DNA of 63,426 bases, the filler included, from Octopus bimaculoides (Eukaryota): the NCBI RefSeq assembly GCF_001194135.2. It is 5 parts of 5 records of this genome, joined end to end, with 100 filler letters (N's around TTAATTAATTAA, not from the genome) between each part and the next. Parts side by side here need not be neighbours in the genome. Positions count along the whole stretch, not along the records: positions 40,368 to 51,505 come from NW_026307054.1; positions 51,606 to 61,825 come from NC_068987.1; positions 61,926 to 63,426 come from NC_068996.1; 2 more parts are not named here. One strand, 5' to 3'. Below the pieces are notes generated by a model. That model saw only the letters and a list, made by a program, of their open reading frames with translations, was not told the DNA's origin and did no database searches. Positions 50,865-63,426 of this stretch are shown here, piece after piece; the first letter of the stretch is position 1, and every line of letters starts with the position of its first letter. Position numbers and translations under genes: made by a program.

Positions 50865-51178
50865 AAGTATATATATTAAAACGGGGGTAGCTGATGAAGT
50901 AGAATGTTCTCTATGTGGCTTGTGTGTTTTCTCGTCTCTGTTTTGTTTGCAATGCCCTGTACCCAGATATGCACCTATACATACAGGTGGATGTCGGTAT
51001 GCACATACCTGTACGTATATATGCATATACTCATTTACTATTTGTATATATATANNNNNNNNNNNNNNNNNNNNNNNNNNNNNNNNNNNNNNNNNNNNNN
51101 NNNNNNNNNNNNNNNNNNGGTCTGACCGAGAAGCAAATAGTTGGATACTTTGCACACAAGCACACAACGCATATTATA

Positions 51179-51228
<50 letters not shown>

Positions 51229-51442
51229 AGAGAGAGAGAGTAGGGGACACAGACGGACAACGAAAGACTGACCAAGGAATAAGGTGAGATATAGAGTAAA
51301 AATGACGGTTGAAGAGTGAGAACTGGGGGAGTATTTGAGAGGCCGAAACTATATTATATAAGATGGAGAGAGGTCGATGGTGGCAGTGGTGCAGCCGTGA
51401 TTGGTAGGAGGAAAATAATAACAGGAATAACAAGGATGTGTA

Positions 51443-51505
51443 TATGTATATGTATATGAGTGGCTGTGAGGTAAGTAGCTTGCTTACCAACCACATGGTT
51501 CCGGG
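51443..51505 (+). mobile_element. SINE head running into a gap
   Basis: GAGTGGCTGTGAGGTAAGTAGCTTGCTTACCAACCACATGGTTCCGGG. Confidence 0.8.
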
Positions 51506-51664
51506 NNNNNNNNNNNNNNNNNNNNNNNNNNNNNNNNNNNNNNNNNNNNTTAATTAATTAANNNNNNNNNNNNNNNNNNNNNNNNNNNNNNNNNNNNNNN
51601 NNNNNGTCTTAAACAGGCGGGTCAGGTATTCCTCGTCGACGCCCAGGTTCGCCCCGAAGATAGT

Positions 51665-51707
<43 letters not shown>

Positions 51708-52272
51708 GTAGATAGATAGATAGATATATATATAGATAGATAGATACCTTGCAGACTGCAGAGTGATGGTAGTGTACACGACAATTTACGAGTCGTCTGA
51801 TAGTGGGTGGGAAGGGGGAGGGTTTTATCGTCACAGCCTTGCAGCAGAACGGACTGAAAGACAAATCTCAATTTGGGCAGGGTGGGATTTGTAAAGTGGG
51901 TGGAGACCAGTGGTCGAAACGCAGTATCACGTATCACGTATGATAGTCTAACTGGCATTTGAAAGTTCTTAATAAATGCATACACACATACATACACAAA
52001 TACGTGCACACAGACACACTCAAACGGGTATATATATATATATATATATATATACGTGTGTGTGTGTATATACACACTCACAAACGCATACCAACATTTT
52101 CCTTAACTGTGAATGGTACTTTAATATTGTTTCTTAAGCTCTTAGGAAAACGGCATGTCATTCAAATCATACGCAAATATCTTTCAAATAGGAAAACTGC
52201 GTCAGATAACTAGATGTCTTACATGACATGATTAAATCTGCTATGCATTTGACAAGAGTTCGTCTCCTTCAG

Positions 52273-52860
52273 GTTTGAACTATGAGTAAACAACCAAAAT
52301 ATCATCATCCTTCTCATTCTCCTCGTCCTCCTCCTCCTCCTGATAATCACATGCTTCTTCACCGCCGCCGTCGTCGTCATCATCAACATCATTTCTCCCG
52401 ATGTTCGAGTTATTTTAGTTGCTCCAAAGATTTAAAGCGGCATTTTCCGATCAAATGGCAACATTGTTTCAACGGGAACTGATTATGGATCCGAATTTTC
52501 TCAGTCAAACTGGTCATACTAACTAGGACTTTGCAATTTAGTGACGTGTGTTTCCATTCTATTTGGAATATGGTATCACGCCTGAATCGCATCTCAGTTA
52601 TAGCTTCATCATCATTAACGAACTTATTTTATTTGACTTCCCCTAACCACAACAAACACCACGTTACCCAATACCGTCAATACATCTTAACTGAATCTCA
52701 TGTGATACTGTATAATCTACAGCAAAAGTATGAGCTGTATCAGGGGAAATAGTAGCAACAACAGTAACAACAATAATGATGATGATAACACATGAAAACC
52801 ACCAGCATTCGGTTACTATTGAATTTCCCTAGAGAAACATAACATTTTTGTATTTTATAG
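52273..52860 (+). other. Candidate exon (5' UTR or non-coding) after a pyrimidine-rich acceptor
   Basis: TCGTCTCCTTCAG|G at 52272/52273, a short low-complexity ORF 52282-52482, and AG|GTAACC at 52860/52861. No recognisable protein. Confidence 0.25.
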
Positions 52861-52980
52861 GTAACCGGCAGATCCCAATCATTTTAACAATATGATATGT
52901 TAACCTATAACGTATGAGAAAATGAATGTGCTTGATTTATAATGAATATACATGTACATAGTCGTGTATGTACGTATATA

Positions 52981-53022
<42 letters not shown>

Positions 53023-53580
53023 NNNNNNNNNNNNNNNNNNNNNNNNNNNNNNNNNNNNNNNNNNNNNNNNNNNNNNNNNNNNNNNNNNNNNNNNNNNNNN
53101 NNNNNNNNNNNNNNNNNNNNNNNNNNNNNNNNNNNNNNNNNNNNNNNNNNNNNNNNNNNNNNNNNNNNNNNNNNNNNNNNNNNNNNNNNNNNNNNNNNNN
53201 NNNNNNNNNNNNNNNNNNNNNNNNNNNNNNNNNNNNNNNNNNNNNNNNNNNNNNNNNNNNNNNNNNNNNNNNNNNNNNNNNNNNNNNNNNNNNNNNNNNN
53301 NNNNNNNNNNNNNNNNNNNNNNNNNNNNNNNNNNNNNNNNNNNNNNNNNNNNNNNNNNNNNNNNNNNNNNNNNNNNNNNNNNNNNNNNNNNNNNNNNNNN
53401 NNNNNNNNNNNNNNNNNNNNNNNNNNNNNNNNNNNNNNNNNNNNNNNNNNNNNNNNNNNNNNNNNNNNNNNNNNNNNNNNNNNNNNNNNNNNNNNNNNNN
53501 NNNNNNNNNNNNNNNNNNNNNNNNNNNNNNNNNNNNNNNNNNNNNNNNNNNNNNNNNNNNNNNNNNNNNNNNNNNNNNNN

Positions 53581-53623
<43 letters not shown>

Positions 53624-54528
53624 ATGAGACTTCTGACACTAGTTTGCAATGAATGCCATGCTATATGTCATTTAATTTAAATATTGCAAACGTTATCACC
53701 TTTATAAAATCAGATCTCGAAATCCGAAATCATGCGAATTAAAGTAGGTACGCTGTGATATTGGTCTGTGTTGGCTTATGTTATCCCTTGAAAGTTCACC
53801 GTTACTATTTAATGCGGACATAAATAGTAGTTCAGTACATCCAGTACATTAAGTACACTATTACCAGTATATTACGTACACAATTACCAATAGGCATTCA
53901 TGTGAGAAGAGTCCTTCAGTGTCTTGAGTAGTAGTCATAGAGGAATACGTAGTCGTTATTAACACATAGTCGGAAAGATGTTCGCATTTATAGGAATAAA
54001 ATAAATCTATATAAAGCATGTATACGTTGTTATATATATATATATATATATATACAAGAATAAGGGCAGGGAATCGTCAATTAATAATAGAATTAATAAT
54101 TAACAATTTTGCCAAGTAGTTCAGTATGAAAAAACCTTTATCGGTAAAACCATTTATCATCATAAATATACAGGGATTAGCAATTGAGTTGCTTCTCCAA
54201 CATACTGAAAATTTAGAAATAGCAGTCAAAGAACTACTGATTCTAAACTATATATTATTCCTCTAATCATATACGTCGACATGTTTCGGATATATAATGC
54301 ATTACAGAAGAGAGTTAATGACAAAGTTATGAAATGTTCAAATTAATGTAAAAGACTATTCGACTCTATTTAAAATTCTTTGTGTCACTTCATTGTTAAA
54401 TATATCACGTTCGCATTCCATTATTATATTTGATTATTTATATATGTATATCTATACGCCCCACCCCACACACAGTCATATATATATATGTGTGTGTGTG
54501 TGTGCATGTGTGTGTGCATGTGTGTGTG

Positions 54529-54569
<41 letters not shown>

Positions 54570-54869
54570 CCCACAGATGAGATCCAGATATTCTCAGTAT
54601 GGAAGACAGTAGCGCTAAAATGATTCAAACTTAGACTCCCATATCTTTACAGGTGATCAATTCCGCGAGGTAATATATGGTTATAAGAGGGCTCAATTTG
54701 AGCAAATATGCAGCCAATTATGCTGAGAAAAAAATTATATATATATTAAAACTAACGGCTTGGGTATGAAATACAAAAATATGTATATATGTGCACATGT
54801 AAAACGACAGAAAGCAAAGAGTGGAGACTTTCCGATGATAAATATTTAAGTGTAAATATATAGATCTTT

Positions 54870-56370
54870 ATAATAATAGATCTAATTCATACGGAGTATA
54901 AACGACAGAGGAAGTTAAATATAGGAAGGGAGGAGTTATGAGTCCAGCAGCTGTTCCTGGGGGATTGGTGACCCATGATAACATTGCAGACTATAATTGA
55001 AGGAATCAATATTGGTTAAATCGTGCCTCCGTCATGAATGTAGAAACGTTCTTACATTTCAAATCATAATGCAGAGAGTTTCAAAGGTGCAATGTCTAAA
55101 TGTGGAGAGCAAGCAGTATTAAAGGGAGTAAGTAGGAGGGTCGGTGGGATTACGGGGAGTGTTTAGAGAGGGACTGGTGAGAGGAAATACGAGAGCTAGT
55201 TCAGAAAGTGGGAGGTGGTTAATAATGAATGTATTAAGGGAGCTTGTAGTCGAGGTGAAGAGTTGGGTTACGAGCGAAAGGGGTGGTATAGACTGTAATG
55301 GAAGTGTCTATAGTTGTTAAAATTTAAGATTAATGTCAATAGAATTACTGGGAATTGGGATAGTGAGAAAAGGGATAGGGATTAGTTAAAGGAAGGAAAG
55401 TGTGTGACCACTCTTCAATTACTATTTATCCCATTGCTTCCAGCCATATCACAACTATCTACTTCTACTACTACCTCCGTTCCTACCCTAATTGTTAACA
55501 CCCACCTCTACCTGCCTGAACTAGCCCTCTTGTCTAATCTCACCACACCCAGTTTTAACAATCCCCATAATCCCACCGAACTACCTACTTCTCTCTAATA
55601 CTACTTGCTCTCCACGTTTGATCGTTCATTCCCTTTAATTATCTCTGTCGCTTGTATTTTCTGTGTCGTTTGTATTTTCCCTGTGTAAGTTGGATCTATT
55701 GTTCCTTAAAAAAACAAAAATGCCCACCAAACTAATAGACCAAGTGATAGCTGAAGCTAAAAATATCCCATTTCTTATCACTCACAATCCCAAGAACCAC
55801 AACATTCTACAAACACCCAAACGCCTTCCACCAATTCTACACCAGTCCCCATGTCTCCGACAAATAATCTAGGAACAACAAAATAATCAACAGCCAAAGG
55901 CAACCACCAAATTTTAAGAAACTTCTGACCAAAGCATGATTTGCATCAGTGGAATAAATGATGCAAGTTACCAAATGTGGAGAAGCCCGATGAGGAACAT
56001 GTGATTTAATAGAACAGAGACTAGGAAAAAAATTCAAGAATGGAAAAGAATTAAAGTTGAATGGAAATATGAACTGTAAAAGCAAATACCTGATATATTG
56101 TATCACGTGCCAACGATGCAACCAGCATTCTACTGAGGAAACAAAAACGAAAGTGCCCAACCGTATAAATGCGCACACACATCAAATAAAACATCCCGCA
56201 CTTAGATGCATGCATACCATGTAGCGATCATTTGAACACCTGTGCACACGGAAAATTTACAATTTGCCCTCTTTATAAAATAAATGAAGAGAACTAAATT
56301 CTCTGGAAGGCAAAACAAGAATATTTCAGAAGATTTCTGAATCCGAGACTAAATCGGAAATATTCAACAT
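54870..56370 (+). mobile_element. Penelope-like element: inverted pLTR-like arms followed by linker and GIY-YIG remnant
   Basis: 55098-55230 is the reverse complement of ~55490-55619 (roughly 70% identity by eye). ORF relic PFLITHNP..SQRQPPNFKKLLTKA..KCGEAR*GTC..MNCKSKYLIYCITCQRC..ETKT..PCSDHLNTC..FLNPRLNR. Confidence 0.88.
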
Positions 56371-56376
56371 GTATGT

Positions 56377-56441
<65 letters not shown>

Positions 56442-56989
56442 CATATATGTTTTTTTTTTAAAGACAATAAAGTATTCATGGAAATATGCCTTACCTGAAG
56501 TTACTCTTGTGTTAGGATAATGCCTATAGAAATATTCTATAGCTTTCAGTAAGCCATTATATCGTACGAATATTGCCTAACATATTAGACAGGTGTGTAA
56601 CTGTTCATAACGAACATACATATACACGTAGGCTATACTAACCAACAGAAAAATAACCTCCGTAAGTACATTAGTGTATCATAATGTTATCTGCTTCAGT
56701 ACCGTAATAAATTAATAGTAGATATTTTTACTCGATATCATTGCAATGGATACTATATGGTTGCTGTATACTTAAATCTCAAAACGGTTAAATCACCAAA
56801 ATCAAACATTTATAACTGCAAGAAATTTTCGTCCTAGTTAACTTCATGTTATTTATTTCCGCATAAAACACCCATATTTTCCTTATGTTTTCATGTGGAA
56901 TGCTGTATTGAAATATAGTACTGGCAAGCAATGCTTTTTTCTGAAAAATTTCATTCTTAGTACTATGTAACAATAAATTGCAAAAAGTA

Positions 56990-58186
56990 TTCGGTTGTTT
57001 CACATAAAACGTCATATTTTTAATTACTTGTTATTTCAGTTATTTAAAAACTCTATTGGTTTACAAAATTCGTACCCATAGACCTTATGAAAATGATAAC
57101 AACAAAACTATCTTGAGTGGGTTTTCTCGTACAAGTACAAACTGGGCCACTCTGCAGCAGAAGCTCTACGGAATATCAAGCGAGCCTGAGGCAATGGTTT
57201 GGTTGACATCAGAACTGTTCACAGATGGTTTCAAAAGTCTCGTTCAGGAGATGATAACCTTAAAACTAAACTGATGGTTAGGCAAAAGTTAGTCATTCGG
57301 CATGATGGAGAAAATATTTTGGTTGAACGGAATCCGAAAACAAAGGTTCGAAAACTTTCATCAGAACTCCAAACATCTCGCACAAGTGTTTTTGCACATT
57401 TGTAAAAACATTGGGAAGGTCAAGAAGACGTATCGATTTGTTCCACATCAACTGAACGAGATTAAAAAAAAAAAATCAGACACCTCGAAGTGTGCTCCTT
57501 ATTGCTTTCTCGACTGGAAAGGACCATCTTTGCATTAAATCATTAATTGTGATGAGACGTGGATACTCCTTGACAAAAGCAGGCAAACAGGACAGTGATT
57601 ATATGCAGGAGGGTCACCTAAACACTATTCAAATCCACCGTTGCACCCTAAAAAGTTAGTTGTCACTGCCTGGTGGTCTGCGAAGGGAAATATTCATTAT
57701 TCATTTTTGCAACAAGTAAAAACGGTGACACCATCGTATTACCAAATGATTGTATGAATGAAAATTTGAAAAAGAAGCAACCCAGGTTAGTGAATAGTGA
57801 TGGCCCAATATTACTCAACGGCAATGCACGCCCTCACATTCATAACGCTACGGTCCAAAAGATGCAAAGCCTGAATTTTTAGATTTTACAACATTCTTCC
57901 TATTCCTCTGATGTCTCTCTTACTGACCGTACCTTATGTAAGCATTTTGAGCTTTTCATAACCAATAAAACATTGTTAAATAGAGAAAAGGTAATTGAAG
58001 CATTCGGACAGTCTGTCACAGCAAAATATGATTTTTTCTTAAAGATGGAATATATGACATAGAGAAACGTTGGGTAAACGTCATAAATGAACATGGACCA
58101 TACGTTGATTAAATAAATCATTTCTTTAACACTTCTGAAGCATTTTATTGTTATCTTTCAAATACATTTCACGTGAAACAACCTAG
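56990..58186 (+). mobile_element. Full-length decayed mariner (DD34D) transposon
   Basis: TA-flanked TIRs TTCGGTTGTTTCACATAAAACG / CATTTCACGTGAAACAACCTAG. KLGHSAAEA..TVHRWFQKSRSGD; FVPHQL; CDETW; LHPKKLVVTAWW; GNARPH; YSSDVSLTD. Many stops and frameshifts. Confidence 0.93.
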
Positions 58187-58825
58187 TATATTATTGTAGC
58201 TGCATCATCAAACTAACGAAACTGCTCATCATTTCTGTATGTTGTAACAGTATAATTCATGTAATTTACCACTTTCATGCAGACTGAAATTTGCACCTTA
58301 CATTGGTTTTCTGAACTGAATTTTAATTTATGGCTTGAAGGGAAAGCCTCATTCTGATGTGACTCTAAGATATTCTATGAGTTTGTGATTAAGTGATTAG
58401 TTGATGAGATGTTGATGATATATTAATCTCTCTTTTTTTCAATTGATGCACGAGCAACATTTATTTGATAATATGGGAATACTACTTTTTTTTTTAACTC
58501 GTCTCTTCATCCATTAGCGTCTCTTTATAATGCAATGTGTGTCTAAATGAGCATATATAAATACATATATATGAGTGTCTATGTGCATGTGTGTGTGTTT
58601 ATTGTTGTTGTTGTTGCGTGTGTGTGTGTGCATGTGTGTTTATTGTTGTTGTTGCTGTTGTGTGTGTGTGTGTGTGCGTTAATGTAAAGAAGAGAGCAGC
58701 AGAGATGCAGACTGATATACATTTAAAACTTGAGGTTTTGATGAAACAGTGCTTTATCAGAAAAGAAAGATGATATAGATGATATCAGAATAAATGCATT
58801 TGTTGATAATTGTTTCTAATTTCAG

Positions 58826-58900
58826 TGATATAAATTCATGGCATTTAAGACCTCTTTGAAACGAGAAATTATTCTGCATTATTCCCATTTTCCCATAACA
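58826..58900 (+). other. Candidate 75-nt exon
   Basis: TTGTTTCTAATTTCAG| acceptor and ACA|GTAAGT donor. It contains an ATG open to the donor (MAFKTSLKREIILHYSHFPIT). Confidence 0.3.
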
Positions 58901-61526
58901 GTAAGTATATCTGAGAACATTCAGCGTGGTGTTTCATCGTAAAGCACATGCAAAACAGATGTACGTAATGCAATCTATGTTTACATTTTTTTTCTTTGAT
59001 AGATCTAGAGTAAATGAAAGGTATATACAAAAATTCGAATACATTAATTATTTGCCCGAGAGATAAATTCCTCTGAAAGTTCACATATTTTAAGGAAGCA
59101 AACAATTGAAAGTTTAACAAATGACGTGAAACTGGATTTGTGGAGGCATCTAGTGTTTATCTCATCTCTTTCACAAGAAATTTCTTTTTTAAGATAATTT
59201 TGAGATGCAGTTCTCGAAGGATGATATGTCGTACTAAATAAGCAGCTGTTTAGCTAAAATATATCCTTTGAAATTCCGAATTATCCTTGATCTCAAAATC
59301 ATGAGTAAATCCCGTGCATCAAAGCAAAAGATGCCAAATATAACATACGATAAACCAGATCATATTAAAAGCTGAATCTTGGCCACACTCGACAACCCAC
59401 TAACGAAAAACAAATCATTTGAAGTACACCAATATTATGAGTACCTGACTTCTGAGTAAATACTTGTGCACAATGTTGAAGATTAAGGTTATTGAAGGAA
59501 AAACAATTAGGGAAAAAAGCCTTACTAATATGTTATATGTATGTATATATATATATATATATATATATNNNNNNNNNNNNNNNNNNNNNNNNNNNNNNNN
59601 NNNNNNNNNNNNNNNNNNNNNNNNNNNNNNNNNNNNNNNNNNNNNNNNNNNNNNNNNNNNNNNNNNNNNNNNNNNNNNNNNNNNNNNNNNNNNNNNNNNN
59701 NNNNNNNNNNNNNNNNNNNNNNNNNNNNNNNNNNNNNNNNNNNNNNNNNNNNNNNNNNNNNNNNNNNNNNNNNNNNNNNNNNNNNNNNNNNNNNNNNNNN
59801 NNNNNNNNNNNNNNNNNNNNNNNNNNNNNNNNNNNNNNNNNNNNNNNNNNNNNNNNNNNNNNNNNNNNNNNNNNNNNNNNNNNNNNNNNNNNNNNNNNNN
59901 NNNNNNNNNNNNNNNNNNNNNNNNNNNNNNNNNNNNNNNNNNNNNNNNNNNNNNNNNNNNNNNNNNNNNNNNNNNNNNNNNNNNNNNNNNNNNNNNNNNN
60001 NNNNNNNNNNNNNNNNNNNNNNNNNNNNNNNNNNNNNAGAGGGAGATAAAAAGAGATATATATATATAAAGAGAGAGAGAGAGAGAGATAAAGAGAGAGA
60101 TAGAGAGATAGATAGATAGATAGATAGACAGATAAACAGATGCACAGATATGAAGATACATACAAACATGCATACATACAAATACACACATATTCACATA
60201 CATTCATAAAGAAAGAAAATATTGGGGAGACAGAAAACATACAAGTTGTTCGGATGAATTATAAAGCGCTTCATGTGCAGACTATATATCTAATATAAGT
60301 GGTCCTTCAAATTGTAGCTAATCAAAGTTACCAACATAACCCCATAAACCCATATACGTGAAAATTTCAGTCATAGTGCGTGTATAATTTTCTTGCTATT
60401 TCTTTTTCTCCTCTTCAATCTGTAAAGTTCGAAGTTTGTCTCACTTGCCTTGTATAAGATTACAAACAAATAAAGCCTAGTATTGCGACGGATATACATA
60501 TAAGTACATACTTTCAAATTTCCACATATTTGAGATAGTTAAACCATGTTGAAAAAAGAGCAAAATTTCCATAAATAATCTAAAATATTTTTAAAATACA
60601 GCATGTCAGTCATTCAGTCTTACATCAAGATTTTGCCCTTGGGAAAACTGTTTCTATGAAAGGGCTGTAAGAATATATTTTGAAATATATTTCTGTATCC
60701 CATCCCTGAGAGTACTTCACTTACAAGTTATTCGCATATAATATTTCGTGGAATTGTCAAAATACGATTATTTATGATTGTTATTGTCTTTTCAACTCCA
60801 CATTTTCTCTAGCACACATTCAAAAGTATATATTTGCAAATCTATATTGGATGAGCTGCATGAGGATTAATACGCAAAGACAGCAACCAAATGCAGGTGT
60901 GTATGTGTGGGTGTGTGTATGTATGTCTGTGCATGTGTGTATATGTATATGTGTGTATATGTATCTGTGTGCATTTATAATCATATGTGTGAGTATGAAT
61001 ATATATGGGTGTGTATATACCATATAAATACAAAATATATTCATATGTAAATATGTGAGCGTGTGTGTGTGTGCATATTTGTATATGTTTATATGTATGT
61101 TATTCAGTTTCCTTTCAAGATTTCTTGCAAATGGAAAAATTGTCGGTTCCTGACCTACATCAAAACTTCTAGCGTTGGAACTTTAACATCAACAGGTTAT
61201 CTGAGCATATCTCCATGTATGCGTGCAGTATTCGTACTTATCTGCAGCTTTGTATACATTGTTTTTGTTTTGTGTGTATATTCTCATCCATATAGATGCA
61301 TATCTAGATATGCGCATGTATATATCCATGCATATATGTGTGTATGTGTGTGTGTGTAATTTTATGTAAGTAGGTATACATATATATTTCACATGAAGTC
61401 TACAATTTAAGATCTGACCAAAGTCCTTGTCGGCAGCATTTCAAATATAAGAGATTAACTGGGGAAGTAATTCCTGCCATAGCTAAAAATAGAAGAAGCA
61501 TTTGAAGGAAAGTATTTTTCATGCAG

Positions 61527-61600
61527 AATTTCATTGAAGCGCTCCAAAACGTCGTGCATGGAGGAAGCTTGGTCTGCCATATCTTCAAGTCTTCAAGCAG
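61527..61600 (+). other. Candidate 74-nt exon
   Basis: TATTTTTCATGCAG| acceptor and CAG|GTATGT donor. Balanced-GC unique sequence with two open frames. Confidence 0.3.
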
Positions 61601-61940
61601 GTATGTTTATCTATTTACACACACACGCCCGCCCGCGCGCACACATATTCACACACACATACACACACATATATATATATACATACACATATATCTATAT
61701 ACATATATACATACACACAAACACACACAACACACACATGCACATACACACACACATAGACACACACACACACACAGAGACACACACACATACACACAAA
61801 GACATATATATATATATATATATATNNNNNNNNNNNNNNNNNNNNNNNNNNNNNNNNNNNNNNNNNNNNTTAATTAATTAANNNNNNNNNNNNNNNNNNN
61901 NNNNNNNNNNNNNNNNNNNNNNNNNATATATATATATATA

Positions 61941-63143
61941 CCGTAGCAGAAATACCCGGCGTTGCCTGTGTCACATGGCTTTAAAGAATTAGTCTTTTCT
62001 TTTATATTTTGTCTAATGAACTGGAAATCAAAATTGAAGATTAAGAATTTTAAAGAGGGTTATTTCCTTCTTTACACACCCGAACAACAATTCTAATCAC
62101 GACAAATTTACCCCATACTTCTCATCTTTATGGTCAGATTCCAAAATACAGATCTTATAAAACCTATTCAAAGGGTTTTGCTCCTGAAAAATGGAGAACA
62201 TGAAGCACGTGGAGCTCTAAAATGTGGGAGTTAAGGCCCCTTATTAAATGGGTGGGGTCTGAAAGTCAACCAGAGAAGTTGACTTGTTGGGAATCTTTTT
62301 AACTTGTGACTTGTATCTATTGTTCAAATTTCTTTGGAATCAGAAATATATGAATGTTCACTGGGTTTGTAAAAGAGAGCAAAGCTACTGGAAACCAAAA
62401 TACGAATGATCACAATAAGCAGTCAACTACCCTACCCTAGTCGTTACTATTCCCCAATGTAAGATTCCTCACCATACAGGTGACAAGCACAGCCGTAAGA
62501 TACATTACGGATCTATAGCAATTGGAAGGGTGTGACCCAACTCAAACAAAGATTAACAGCTGTGTGACGTGAGGGCTGAGGGGAAGTGAAAGTGTCTCTT
62601 CTGGAGTTTTCCAATGATCACTATGCCGATAGGTAACTGAACAGAATAAATTTCCACTCTATAAATTCCTTTGAATGATCAATCACTTATCTGGAAAGGC
62701 CTTGAAATCAATGTTACTATCTGGGGACTATTTGTGACCCAGTGATAATAAAAAGACTCAAAGGAAGTTTGCAACCAAATAACTTTACTGAACATTTTGC
62801 AACTGAATCAGTGGAGGCAAAGATGCCACTCCTTTACTTGACGATTTATGCCCCACATTGCAGAAATCACAATCTAAGTATATCTCAAAGCAAACTCTTA
62901 CACTGTTGTACCATTGAATTACAAACAATGCTCATCTTGTATGCTCGGATGACTCTACAGATTCCAAGACTACAATTGTATTCGTCTTGGCTTAGGAAAA
63001 ATAACTAAATTGTGAGAGTTATACAGCATTACCCTTGTTCCTAGGCTTGGATTTTGTGCTCTAAATTTCATTAGGATCGGTCCTGTAGTTTTTGAACCTA
63101 TAAGTAACAAACGAACACTCATAAAAACATTGACTTTTATATA
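61941..63143 (+). mobile_element. Non-autonomous Helitron-like element with a PIF1-type helicase remnant
   Basis: 5' TAGCAGAAATACCCGGCGTTGCC and 3' AAATTTCATTAGGATCGG..GTAGTTTT..ACAAAC..CTTTTATATA resemble DINE-1/Lep1-type ends. The internal broken-frame LLSGD..PVI and QSKLLH..ELQT(N)M resemble the Helitron helicase GDFRQxLPV region. Confidence 0.6.
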
Positions 63144-63386
63144 CTCTTGTACTCTTTTACTCTTTTACTTGTTGCAGTCATTTGACTGCGCCCATGCTGG
63201 AGCACCACTTTTAGTCGAGCAAATCGACCCCGGGACTTATTCTTTGTAAGCCTAGTACTTATTCTATCGGTCCCTTTTTGCCGAACCGCTAAGTTACGGG
63301 GACGTAAACACATCAGCATCGGTTGTCAACCGATGTTGGGGGTGAAAACACAGACACACAAACATATATACACACACACATACACA

Positions 63387-63426
<40 letters not shown>
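63143..63426 (-). mobile_element. CORE-like composite SINE (3' half), reverse orientation
   Basis: CTCTTTTACTCTTTTACTTGTTGCAGTCATTTGACTGCG..GCTGGAGCACC..TTTTGCCGAACCGCTAAGTTACGGGGACG. Confidence 0.88.

Noticed and set aside
51606-51662. GC-rich coding-like snippet (IFGANLGVDEEYLTRLFK, - strand) beside a gap
   Set aside because: It is too short (57 bp) to assign. It may be a LINE ORF1 fragment whose remainder is in the gap.
52282-52482. 66-aa His/Pro/Arg-rich ORF as a small protein
   Set aside because: It is low-complexity trinucleotide sequence with no recognisable domain. It is retained only as a possible exon or uORF.
54643-54670. 17-nt AG..GT micro-exon-like segment
   Set aside because: It lies in Penelope-adjacent repeat-like sequence, its length is not a multiple of 3, and such short matches are expected by chance.
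61400-61588. - strand 62-aa ORF with a hydrophobic signal-peptide-like stretch
   Set aside because: The hydrophobic stretch is internal and there is no supporting promoter or splice context. The + strand exon reading fits the splice signals better.

Overview
This is a 63.4-kb piece of a draft eukaryotic (animal) genome scaffold. It is AT-rich, dense in microsatellites, and has about 8.6 kb of N in 21 gaps. The SINE families and microsatellite spectrum resemble an octopus/cephalopod genome (from recall, not database-confirmed). I find no intact protein-coding gene, rRNA, true tRNA or CRISPR array; nearly all long ORFs in the supplied track are microsatellite or N read-through artefacts. Most of the identifiable sequence is decayed, nested mobile elements: two Gypsy LTR retrotransposon remnants, R4-like RLE LINEs, RTE LINEs, two L1/Tx1-like ORF1 relics, several Penelope-like fragments, mariner (DD34D), DD37D and DD36E Tc1-superfamily transposons, MITEs, a Helitron-like element and many tRNA-derived SINEs. 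The most unusual structures are: (1) a 1.84-kb foldback/Mutator-like element with a 9-bp TSD whose long inverted arms are built from tandem SINE 3' fragments; (2) a second 9-bp-TSD element whose TIRs carry octamer and CCAAT motifs and which splits a LINE endonuclease domain; (3) a DD36E Tc1 element; (4) a 31-bp, all-G:U-wobble pre-miRNA-like hairpin; (5) a Penelope copy with an inverted pLTR-like arm; (6) a candidate TATA promoter with downstream splice-bounded exons on the + strand; and (7) a non-TE-looking decayed ORF at 22.9-24.1 kb. Coordinates of decayed elements are approximate unless termini or TSDs are quoted.
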